Assembly: GCA_965644495.1 (NCBI GenBank)
Contig: CBFFSA010000001.1
Coordinates: 310,001-374,000 of the forward strand
Source of the DNA: Perkinsela sp. CCAP 1560/9
Lineage: Eukaryota > Protista > Euglenozoa: Kinetoplastea
Reading direction: 5' to 3'
Length of the DNA: 64,000 nucleotides
Positions 44,699 to 54,208 of the stretch are shown piece by piece. The position numbers were made by a program, and so were the translations under genes. Numbering within the stretch: the first letter of the stretch is position 1; each line of letters opens with the position of its first letter. The notes under the pieces were generated by a model. It made no database searches. It was not told the DNA's origin and saw nothing but the letters and a program-made list of their open reading frames with translations.

Positions 44699-45049
44699 AA
44701 CCCTGTTCCGGGTTATTGTGCACTTATTGTGCAGGGGGGGCACAATAAGTGGAAACAACCACTATTATTGTGCCCCCCCCCCCTCCCAAATGTGGCGCCG
44801 CCGGGCGGCGCCGTAATTTTTTGGTGGTTTTTTGTTTCCATTTTCTCAAAAATAACGTAGTTTGTTCAACAACGCATCCCTTAAATTGAACTTATTCTGC
44901 ACATGAACGTGTTTGTCCACAAAAAAGGCGCAGCGAAGCGGCGCCAAATTTTTTTTTACCTTTTTTTTTGGTTTTCCAATATTTACATGTAGTTATTGTG
45001 CCTAGAGCCAGTTATTGTGCAGGGGGGCACAATAACCCGGAACAGGGTT
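44699..45049. mobile_element. MITE with 23-bp TIR AACCCTGTTCCGGGTTATTGTGC
   Basis: Perfect inverted termini with TA outside each. The subterminal motif TTATTGTGC/GCACAATAA occurs seven times. Confidence 0.88.
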
Positions 45050-45269
45050 TAGTTGCAAGATAGAAGAAATTACAAGACCTGTAGGGGGGGGGGGGTAAAT
45101 AAAGCTGGACAGGGGTGTATAAGCTCGTTTCTAAATCGTTTCTTACCACGCTCATTGTTATCATATCGAAGTTGTGGTGTTGTACAGCTACGCACTAATT
45201 ATTTGTTTCACAGAAGTTTCAGACAAAAGTGTCTCTTGTTTAAAGAGTTTTAAAATTAATGAATATTTG

Positions 45270-47111
45270 ATGGATGCATCACTTCTTCGAAAAGCTACTG
45301 CAGACACTCCAGATGCGACCCCAGGTTACCTCTATCGCGAAATCATCACGATGTCCTGTTCCAATCTCTTTGTAATGCGACAAGTAATGCAATACTTAAT
45401 GTCTAATCTTTCCGAGATCACAGCAAGTTCAAGCCCATTCGTCATAATGAAAACACTGAAAGTGATTCAGCAGCTGTGCGAGAGAGGGCATCCTGAAACT
45501 CGGAAGGAAGCAATGCGGTACATTGAAACATTGAAAAAATGTGCATCCTTTCGAGGTAACATAAATTACGGAAATCAGTGGACACAAGAGGTTTGTCAGG
45601 CTGTTCGATCAACCATCGAAGTACTGTATGACACTAACAGCTCCCATAAAGGCAGAAGCCATTTCTCAGACGCTATTAAGGGAGACTATTCGGGGAGAGG
45701 AAGTCATAATGAAAATGACTTTTCGTCAAAGACGAGCGATCAAAACGGCTCTTATGAAACTTCTGAATTAGTTACCAAAGGCGTTAAACCGAGTTTGGGT
45801 CTTATAAAAGGGGGCAAACCTGAAGCTAGGCTTCTACCACAAGTTTCCACTTTTAAAGTAAAGCGTGAACTATACGTAACACCGCCCTTTCCACATTTTT
45901 CTTCTAATGAAAATATAGAAGATACTGAGCTTCAACAACTCAGAATCTCAACATCCTGCGACGACACGATTTCTGGCGAAAGTGTATTGCAGAATGCATC
46001 TGGCTCAGGTGTGATGCATGACGAAGTACTGGATGTTCTATCTGAAATAGAAAAACTTGTTCAGTCTACCCGAGCTCCTAAATCAGATGACGTAAAACGC
46101 ATATTGTCATGCTTAACAGACAATACGTCACATGTCATAGCTAAAATTGACGATACAAAGCTATCAGCAGCAATATGTGGAAAACTTATTCTTTTTTTAG
46201 ATGTACGTAAACCATGGCTACAACGCTTGAATGCTCTACATATTATCGATATACTCTTGAGAAAAAGTTGGCATGAAGTGCATGCCTTCTTTTTACAAAG
46301 CTCGAGAGAAATTCTTCAAAATACCTCAGTACCACAATCCTCTGTGCGTAGTAAAGCACGTGCAGTACTGAAGCTCCTGCAAGAAAATTTTAAGGCAACA
46401 GACTTCATAGGTAATAATGAAGATTTCTCTGAGACCCGTCTTAAAAATTCAGGTCAAGAAGGTAAAAAGAATGTCTCGGATATTACTGTCTCGGATCCTA
46501 TTAAAGAACTTTTTCTGACTACATCAAGTGCAGGAAGAAACATTCAAGAAACATCAAACATACGCTGTGAAAATGTAGGTCGTCCAACTTTTTGTTCTCC
46601 TGATTCCGGTCTTGATACTTTCTTTCCATCAGGTGGGAATTCGGGCGACGTACGAAGTAGTAGCAAATCACACAGGTTAACTCGAACATTAGATCGAACA
46701 CAAACAAGTATCGGTGACGTTACGCCATCTCTTTACGATAATGATTATCGCAAAAGGATTACTAATCTTTTTCCTCCACAAAGCTCATCTCCCTCCGTGG
46801 CTCCTTTTCACAGCACTGCACAAAATTTTCCCATGGCGCCAATCGTATTTCATGGATTGAATTTAGCGACAAGAGATTCCATTCCCGACACCTCATCTAG
46901 TTTCACCCAGCATGTCCACGCTGGTATGAACTCGGATAAAATGTGCACCAAACAGGAAAAACGTAGAATTAAAGACGATCACGGCATTATATTTGTTGAT
47001 CAAGACCGAAAGTCGGACGTTTCTAGCAAAGATCTTTCTACGAAGCAAGAGGAAAACTCTTTATTTGCACCGTTACAAAAAATTCTTCAAGAAAAATTTG
47101 CCACTATGTGA
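45270..47111 (+). CDS. TEPSIN: Tepsin (AP-4 accessory ENTH/VHS-like protein)
   Basis: N-terminus 'LLRKATADTPDATPGYLYREI...KTLKVI' and a second helical domain 'WLQRLNALHIIDILL'. Confidence 0.8.
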   Translation: MDASLLRKATADTPDATPGYLYREIITMSCSNLFVMRQVMQYLMSNLSEITASSSPFVIMKTLKVIQQLCERGHPETRKEAMRYIETLKKCASFRGNINYGNQWTQEVCQAVRSTIEVLYDTNSSHKGRSHFSDAIKGDYSGRGSHNENDFSSKTSDQNGSYETSELVTKGVKPSLGLIKGGKPEARLLPQVSTFKVKRELYVTPPFPHFSSNENIEDTELQQLRISTSCDDTISGESVLQNASGSGVMHDEVLDVLSEIEKLVQSTRAPKSDDVKRILSCLTDNTSHVIAKIDDTKLSAAICGKLILFLDVRKPWLQRLNALHIIDILLRKSWHEVHAFFLQSSREILQNTSVPQSSVRSKARAVLKLLQENFKATDFIGNNEDFSETRLKNSGQEGKKNVSDITVSDPIKELFLTTSSAGRNIQETSNIRCENVGRPTFCSPDSGLDTFFPSGGNSGDVRSSSKSHRLTRTLDRTQTSIGDVTPSLYDNDYRKRITNLFPPQSSSPSVAPFHSTAQNFPMAPIVFHGLNLATRDSIPDTSSSFTQHVHAGMNSDKMCTKQEKRRIKDDHGIIFVDQDRKSDVSSKDLSTKQEENSLFAPLQKILQEKFATM

Positions 47112-47387
47112 ACAGACACAGTTTATTCCTTGTATCTCAACCAAAACGACATGCTAAGTTTTGATGCGTTTTTTATGGACTCAAGACTAACTTTACCTCC
47201 TACACCTTTACCTACACTGCATTTTATAAATTTTACTACCGCCTGTGTATACCACTGTATTTTACACAACAATAGAAATCCCGTCCAACCTCTAATAATA
47301 CTATTTCAACGGGGTAAAACCTTTTTATATAGCGTAATTCAAGCATCACATACACTATCCCATCCTTTTATATACCTCACCTCACGC

Positions 47388-48308
47388 ATGGGCAGCTCAA
47401 ACCGCTCGTATGGGAACGATTCAAGACATGACTCTCGTCGGGAGAGGCGCCGGGAGACCCGTAATGGTTCACTCGACCGTCGCGAAACCCACCGCAGCCG
47501 GGAACGGCGCGACTATGACTACTCGCAAAGAAGACGCGATGACCGAAGTCCTCGTCGTGATGCAAAGTCAGGCACGAAGGAGTACGATGAACGACGGAGA
47601 CACGACCCACGCAGCGCTGAGCGATACGGCAATAGCGATCGAGGCACCGGAGAGCGATATTCAGAGGCGCGCTATCCAGCTTCCCGCCGGGAGAGGTCTC
47701 GAGAGCCCGTTTCACGTGACACACGGAGAGGGGGGGGGAGCCCCGTACGTGGGGGTCGTTGGGAGGGAGATCGAATGAAACCCCAAAGAGACGCTTCCTC
47801 ACCAACACCGAAGAGACGTCATGTTTCGCGAAAAGAAGACCCCGTACGCTGTGAGAGACTGGAAGAATATCCGTTCTTAGATCCGGAAAAGGCGGTGGTG
47901 CTTGCCGGAAGCTCACTTGCGGCCTATCATAAAAGCTTACACAACCGGCTGTATCTGGGGTGTTTGGGTACACAGCTCACGCTGGACGAACTACAGGATG
48001 CGCTCTCCACGTATGGGAACGTGAAAAACATAGGCATGGCCTATGAAAACGATGATTCAGAGGACACTCCACAAAGTAAGGGGTACTGTTTCGTAGATTT
48101 CGACGATCCCACTCCTGTGGCTCGGATATGCCACATGAAACCAGGCACTTTCCGCATCAAAGGGAGGATAGTAAAATTTATGCAACCTCGAATGAATGCC
48201 GAAGCGGCCGATAGTCAACGGGTCATGACTTATGAAGATGCCGTACGCCTCACACAAGCGGGAATCATTGAACTTACCAGTACGGACGCTGTTTCATTGG
48301 GTTCATAA
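47388..48308 (+). CDS. RS/RD-rich RRM protein (PUF60-like RRM), probable splicing factor
   Basis: Arg/Asp/Ser-rich N-half; RNP2 'RLYLGCL' and RNP1 'KGYCFVDF'. Confidence 0.78.
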   Translation: MGSSNRSYGNDSRHDSRRERRRETRNGSLDRRETHRSRERRDYDYSQRRRDDRSPRRDAKSGTKEYDERRRHDPRSAERYGNSDRGTGERYSEARYPASRRERSREPVSRDTRRGGGSPVRGGRWEGDRMKPQRDASSPTPKRRHVSRKEDPVRCERLEEYPFLDPEKAVVLAGSSLAAYHKSLHNRLYLGCLGTQLTLDELQDALSTYGNVKNIGMAYENDDSEDTPQSKGYCFVDFDDPTPVARICHMKPGTFRIKGRIVKFMQPRMNAEAADSQRVMTYEDAVRLTQAGIIELTSTDAVSLGS

Positions 48309-48719
48309 GGCAAGCTCATGAGTATTTCACCATATTTTCCTCGTTGTTGTCATGTGAACATTCCAATTATGATACAGTATTCTAATGTTTGGACGGAAGG
48401 CAAAGCACTTAGCGCGAATCTTTGCCTTATACAGTATAGGCACCCCAAATACGTTGCTTGTGTTTTCTCAGCCCAATGAATCTTTTTTCTTTGACCATTG
48501 ATCGTTGAGTGCGATTTTAGCGTACAGTATGCAGTGTATTTCACAAATAAATCTGAACTTTACTATATCTAAACCTTACTTTTGTCATGGCTTGTTCTAA
48601 CACGTATCTCTATGTAGTTTACGTGTCTCTGTACAGCATATTGTATGTATCGCATTATAATAATTCCATAAGTTTTCATAAGTTTTAGCAAAACACTTTC
48701 ACTCCTATTTTTTCACAAG

Positions 48720-50573
48720 CTGTGTAGGGCAAAATTACTCAGCGGGATTGCAATTGCATCTACCCTACGTGAAAACGTCAAAAATCTTATCTCCACGCAC
48801 CGAGCCCAATGCCTCGCCTCTAAGATCTCCCTCCCTCCCCCGGGCCTCGCCGTGGTCCACGTTGGGGAACCACCCGATGCCCAGTGCTACCTCAGGGCCA
48901 CAAAAAAGTGCGCCGCTTACTGCGGCATCCGTGTCCGGTCGTACCCCCTCCCCGCGAATGCCTCCGCGGCCCAGCTCTATGCCCAGCTCTCCATACTCAA
49001 CCATGATCCCTCCACCCATGGTATCCTTCTCCTTTCTCCCCTTCCCCCTTCCCTGATTTCCCCTACCACCTTCTCCGCCATCTCCCCTGCCAAAGACGTG
49101 GACGGGGTACACTACGTAAACACAGGAAAGCTATGGTGTGACACCACACCGTTGTCTTTTTCCTCTTCTTATCCTTTTGTACATACTTCCGGTTTATTTG
49201 ATGCTGCTTCCTCCTCTTCTTTTTCCTCGATCACTTCTAATTGTACCACTGAACAGGAATTCTCCTTGGATTCCTCTTTTTCTAAAAATAAGCGGCGTTC
49301 CTTCGAAAAAGGATTCATCTCTGACGCCTCTACCTCTGAAAAAAGGTTCAACTCTGATTCACTTTCATCCAATCATAAATTACCGCCCTCTTGTCCCTCT
49401 GAAAACACCAACCTCTCCTCTAAAAAGGACATGTATGTGTCTTCCTCAAACCCCTCGTTATCCTCTAATGAACAACAAGCTAAAACCTCCTTTTTATCCC
49501 CTCCGAACACCTCGTTATCCACTGGAAATCAAAACGAACCAAAAGAAACCTCCTTTTCATCCCCTCTAAACCCCGCATTATCCCCTGAAACCCAAAACGA
49601 ACAACAAGCAGCAACCTCCCTTTCTTCCCCTACAGTCCCCTCGTTATCCACTGGAAACCAAAACGAACCAAAAGAAACCTCCTTTTCATCCCCTCTAAAC
49701 CCCGCCTTACCCTCCGAAACCCAAAACGAACAACAAGCCGCAACCTCCTTTCCATCCCCTCCAAACCCCACATTACCCTCCGAAACCCAAAACAAACAAC
49801 AAGCCGCAACCTCCTTTCCATCCCCTCCAAACCCCGCATTACCCTCCGAAACCCAAAACAAACAACAAGCCGCAACCTCCTTTCCATCCCCTCCAAACCC
49901 CACATTACCCTCCGAAACCCAAAAACAACAACAACAACAACACGAAATCTCCTTTTCTTCCTCCTCATCTTCCCCATCTTCCTCCTTTTCTTCCCCATCT
50001 TCCCCATCTCCCCCATCTCCCTCACCTTCATCTCCCTCCCCATCACCCCCCCTCCCCCCCCTCCTCCCCTGCACCCCCCTCGCGATCCTCACCCTCCTCA
50101 CCGCCCACCACATCCTCCCCCCCTCCCCCCCCTCCCCCCACGTCGTCGTCCTCAGCACCTCCCCCGTCGTCGGCCTCCCCCTCGCACGCCTCCTGCTCCG
50201 CGCCGCCCTCCCCGCGGTCTCCCTCGTGGACCCCACGAGTGCGGGCGCCATGGGGTGGGCGTCCCGCGGGGACGTGCTGGTGTGCGCGGCGGGGGTACCG
50301 CAAGGGGTGGGGAGGGGGTGGGTGAAGAGGGGCGCGGTGGTGGTGGATGTGGGGGGAGGCAGGGGGAGGGGGGAGGGGGAGGGGGGGACGGGGGGGAGGA
50401 TCAAGGGAGGAGGAGGGGAGGTGGTGATGGAGGAGGTGGTGGAGGTGGCGTCGTGGGTGAGTCCGGTTCCGGGTGGGGTGGGTCCGGTGACGGTGGGGGT
50501 GTTGATGGGGAATGTGTGGAGGGCGTATTGTGCGCAGTGTGGGGTGGGGAGGGGACACAGGGGGGTGGAGTAG
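48720..50573 (+). CDS. folD: FolD-like methylene-THF dehydrogenase/cyclohydrolase homologue with an insertion of about 300 aa
   Basis: 'AKLLSGIAIA', PGLAVVHVG, HGILL.SPLP, KDVDG, PCTP, DVLVCAAG, VKRGAVVVDVG and SPVPGGVGPVT. There is no clean ATG (see findings). Confidence 0.85.
   Translation: MCRAKLLSGIAIASTLRENVKNLISTHRAQCLASKISLPPPGLAVVHVGEPPDAQCYLRATKKCAAYCGIRVRSYPLPANASAAQLYAQLSILNHDPSTHGILLLSPLPPSLISPTTFSAISPAKDVDGVHYVNTGKLWCDTTPLSFSSSYPFVHTSGLFDAASSSSFSSITSNCTTEQEFSLDSSFSKNKRRSFEKGFISDASTSEKRFNSDSLSSNHKLPPSCPSENTNLSSKKDMYVSSSNPSLSSNEQQAKTSFLSPPNTSLSTGNQNEPKETSFSSPLNPALSPETQNEQQAATSLSSPTVPSLSTGNQNEPKETSFSSPLNPALPSETQNEQQAATSFPSPPNPTLPSETQNKQQAATSFPSPPNPALPSETQNKQQAATSFPSPPNPTLPSETQKQQQQQHEISFSSSSSSPSSSFSSPSSPSPPSPSPSSPSPSPPLPPLLPCTPLAILTLLTAHHILPPSPPSPHVVVLSTSPVVGLPLARLLLRAALPAVSLVDPTSAGAMGWASRGDVLVCAAGVPQGVGRGWVKRGAVVVDVGGGRGRGEGEGGTGGRIKGGGGEVVMEEVVEVASWVSPVPGGVGPVTVGVLMGNVWRAYCAQCGVGRGHRGVE
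49480..49945 (+). repeat. Coding minisatellite of about 7 units of 63-66 bp (21-22 aa, TSFPSPPNPALPSETQNKQQAA)
   Basis: Tandem units are directly visible inside the FolD insertion. Confidence 0.9.
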
Positions 50574-51818
50574 TCGTGTACCGTGCGGAACATGAATGCG
50601 GGATCCGTTAATTACGGGACATCTCCTTTTGGGGTTAACAGTGTCCAGTGTTTTATGGAGTGATTCAGACAGAAAAAGCACACTCTTCACGAAAGATGAT
50701 GGGGTGAGACAGTATAAGGTCCTTATACCTGCGTTCACCGCAGGCCCGAAAAAGGGATTCTCATGTACTGCCGTGCGTATTATTCCCCACATTTTGCTCG
50801 ACAACTTTTTTCTCTTTAATGTTAAAGATTTTCGGACAAGGAAAAACGGTTAGCAGGGCCTCAGAAGAGTCATTAGGTCGCAGTTTTTCATACTGTCGGA
50901 TAAAATTAAGACATGTTCGTTCGTGCGGCAAGACAAGGAAGAGCTTTTTCTATGAAATCTATGATAGACGGTGTTTTGATGATTCCTCCTTATACTTGTG
51001 ATGTACCTTGCAATGTTCATTTTTATGAGCGTAGTACATGTGAGGAGCTGCGGGTGAAACCTCGCGAAACCTCAGTGAAACCTCGTGAAACTTCGGTGAA
51101 ACCTTGTTGAAACCTCGGTGAAACCTCGTGAAACCTCGGTGAAACCTCGCGAAACTCAGCTAAAATCCCTCAAAGCCATTCTCAAGTGTTTGTCGTCCAA
51201 CAACTCAGCAAACAGAATAGAAATACAGCAATACTCAGTGCTGGATAAATTCATTTTAACGTCTTTCAAAAATCGTTTCAACAACGCCACAACCACGACT
51301 ACACAGGCTTTGGTTCTCTTCATTGAAATTTTTAAGAGATCTACATTAATGTATGTGGCATATTCATACTGATGATTCACGCACAATGATCCATACATGA
51401 AAACCAACGCAATCTGCACCGCATCTTTTATTTTTCAAAAGGGTCAGAAGACGTGAAAAAAGAGTCAGCTAGCCACTTTTCCGGGAGTGGCCAGCTGGCC
51501 ACTTTTCCAGGGGATGGCCCGATGGCCATTTTTTCAGAAGCCTTCAGAAGCCACTTTTTAGAAGAAGATTGGCATTGTTTTGTCAACCGTAGCCGCCATG
51601 AGGTCCACGAATTTTCTGATTGATACGACGAAAGTGTTTTTGTATAATCCAGGCATAAAGGGGCGAGGGAGATACCAAGCAACAGATGTAGCAGATTCCC
51701 ACTGAAAAGAAATCGTATTTCCCTGCACGAAGTTGACTCCGAGCTAGCAAGTGCATAGGTAGACATTTCTCGTGCAGGAGATACGACTTCTTTTCAGTGG
51801 GAATCTGCTACATCTGTT

Positions 51819-53646
51819 CACACCCTGGAGTAAGTGGCTTGTAAGTTACAACTTACAACCTACAATGTAGTATAATGTATTTTTTTTGTTTCATTAAACT
51901 TATTGTAGATGAAAGTAATCAAAGATGCTATTGCAATAAACTAGTTTTTTGTCAAGTCTTCAACTGTTATACCTTATCCTTATGAGCCCAGGCAAGGCAA
52001 GTACACGTTCCAGAACTAAGCGGTCGTCCGACAACCAAACTGAATCACAGGAAATGGCAAATTCAAAAGCGTCACCGGCAACACCAAGTGCTTCTCAGGT
52101 GCGGAGACTAATTTCTCAGGATCTCTCCGGCTCATTGCTTGAGTCGCGGTCTCAAGCTGCACTGTCCTCGGAGCTCACCCCAACCAGGAACACTACGAAG
52201 TCTAAAACACACACCGGAAACGTGAAAGACCCTCTAAAACATGGGAAGCTGCACAATTTTTTCTCCTATGAGCTTTGCTCGTTTACCGATGACGTTAAAT
52301 CAAAATCATGTAAAAAGGAATTGGATCGTAGATCCGAAGCCGGCACATATTTAAAAGACCCTGCGAATCAGAGGCGTCACGCAGTGTGCAACCTGTGTTT
52401 TACCATATTTCACAGCAAGTGTATTCAAACATATACCCAACATAAGAACAGATACTGGATGATCAAGTTAACGAACATACCTCGGACAATCAGGTTGTCC
52501 AAACGATCTTTTCCAAGCGAAGCAAACGATCTTTTCCATAGCGGTGAGCCCTTATTTCAAATCAGCGCCGGGGAGTGGTCAGACTACATAACATGCCAAA
52601 ATTATGAGTGGCACCCTGAGCAACATACCACTGCGTGGAAATGGTCGGAGACTTGGTTGCGATAAGTTCCCTGCTATATACGAAGCAGCTAGACACTACT
52701 TGGTGCCTCCCATTGTAACTGCTTGCGGTTCTCTTTTATCCATAATGGGGTGGAAGTATGACCCCAGACAGTCATGCTTAGATTCCGACATGATTGCTAC
52801 CCAAATGTTCATCAGAGGAAACCTTAATAAGTTTTTTGTGGGGGATTATAAAGACTTTGACGTCGAGGAATAAGTCCTTAAATTAAATACTATGCGATTA
52901 TTGTTCTGTTCCGAATACAGCATGATATCTCTTTTCAAGATTGTTATTGCAATATATTTTGGCGGACACGAACGTGGCCGGAGGTCAGGGGCATTGTACG
53001 ACAGTGTTGGGGTATAGCGCACCTCACCTTCCCGAGCTTTTCCCGTCCACAGCAACGTTTTTTATACGTCGTATCTAACTTTTCTGTGGTTTTACTTAGT
53101 GTTACGTAAACCCTCTCTAGGTATTCGAATTCACGTTTTTTATCTTAAAATACGTGTACCATGAAAGAAAAGCGATCGCACGACGTTGTTTTTTACAATA
53201 TATCTTTATATACTTTTACTAGACCGTTACATTATCATTGAAATCACTTCCTGCATGATCGAACAGAGCACTCCTTTAACTTAGCCAGGCAACCAGCGAG
53301 TACATAAACGAATGAAAAAGGATAGCCGTTGCATTAATTCACATACTACTTCACTAACTTGCTTACTTGTGCTTACTAACGTCTTACACAAAGACATATG
53401 CGTCTTCTTGTTTTGTCCTGAATATTGAAAATAGGTGTCATATCCATCATCATTGCCCCATTTTATGTGAACATGCCTTTCGTTGCTCTTGAATGCGCCA
53501 CCAATTTACCCAATTTGCTAAATGTTAAGGAATTATTTCTTACTTACATGTCCTGAAATTTACTTACAAGGCTGTAAGTTAAAATTGTAACTTACAACCT
53601 TGTAAGTGGGCTATTGTAACTTACAAGCCACTTACTCCAGGGTGTG
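51819..53646 (+). mobile_element. hAT-superfamily element (1828 bp), internally deleted, with a 6-bp TSD
   Basis: Perfect 33-bp TIR CACACCCTGGAGTAAGTGGCTTGTAAGTTACAA, with TCTGTT on both sides. Encodes a CxxC (BED-like) region and a hAT dimerisation-like segment 'KFPAIYEAARHYLVPP...MFIRGN'. Confidence 0.9.
51981..52873 (+). pseudogene. Deleted and frameshifted hAT transposase
   Basis: Two overlapping ORFs (51949-52665 and 52604-52873) with N-terminal AVCNLC and the C-terminal dimerisation motif. The catalytic core is absent. Confidence 0.72.
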
Positions 53647-53709
53647 TCTGTTGCTTGGTATCTCCCTCGCCCCTTTATGCCTGGATTTTTAAAATTACTA
53701 TTTTTAAAA

Positions 53710-53816
53710 TGTGACAGATAACTAGGGGGGGTGGTCGACGAAAAAAAAAACGAAGTGCCAAATAGTGGCTGATAAATAGGGGGGGGGGGGAGGGGTGACT
53801 GATAACTGGGGTACAG
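53710..53816. mobile_element. Solo right end, same family as 16100-16216
   Basis: GACAGATAACTAGGGGGG repeats, ending GGGGTACAG|TA. Confidence 0.65.
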
Positions 53817-54208
53817 TATACATGGATGTGTACATAAATCAAAAGAACACTTCGCTAAAATAAGGCATAGATAATCAATATTTTCCGGTGATCACCCCTA
53901 CAAAATTATTGTGCATGCGAAACCTCGCGACCCGCAGCCCCTCATGTGTACTACTGCGTATGTCTGTGCGCAACGACTATGAAAAATCATCCCATAATTT
54001 ATGCAAGCCGTATCGTCGTTGATTAGCTGCGTCCTTTAAAAACTACTTTTCTTCTCTCTCTCTTCTTCGGCTTTGAAGTGGTCACGTTCAATGTTGCAAT
54101 ACTGAGCATCTTCTTCACAACGTCTCTTGCACTTTCCTAGTCACATAAGAACTATTCGCCGGATTGTTCTGAAAGGGCCGGATTGTTCTGAAATTCGCCG
54201 GATTGTTC

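Larger units (their letters stand above)
51646..53687. mobile_element. Foldback MITE (arms of about 85 bp), split by the hAT insertion
   Basis: Left arm AATCCAGGCATAAAGGGGCGAGG...CCTGCACGA. The right arm is 51770-51818 plus 53653-53687. Confidence 0.88.
51031..53954. mobile_element. Outer TIR element (25-bp TIR GTAGTACAnnTGAGGnGCTGCGGGT) with a GAAACCTCG(G)T subterminal array
   Basis: Inverted ends match at 22 of 25 positions. About 10 tandem 10-11-bp units at 51055-51160, and the same unit next to the right TIR. No clear TSD. Confidence 0.7.

Noticed and set aside
48669-48671. Stop-codon reassignment (Blastocrithidia-like code) explaining the TAA upstream of FolD
   Set aside because: All other conserved genes are uninterrupted in the standard code and end in TAA, TAG or TGA.
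49140-50060. Intein in FolD
   Set aside because: There are no HINT block motifs and no terminal His-Asn; the insert is a low-complexity repeat.
49529-50804. Long minus-strand and alternative-frame ORFs over FolD, the carrier (38561-39114) and the PI4K-like gene (36297-37190)
   Set aside because: These are shadow ORFs caused by stop-poor, GC-skewed sequence; they are low complexity and carry no domain motifs.
51055-51160. Short tandem arrays (also 13400-13460, 14100-14260, 42414-42458) as CRISPR-like arrays
   Set aside because: The units abut with no unique spacers, there are no cas genes and the context is eukaryotic. They are TE subterminal repeats or minisatellites.
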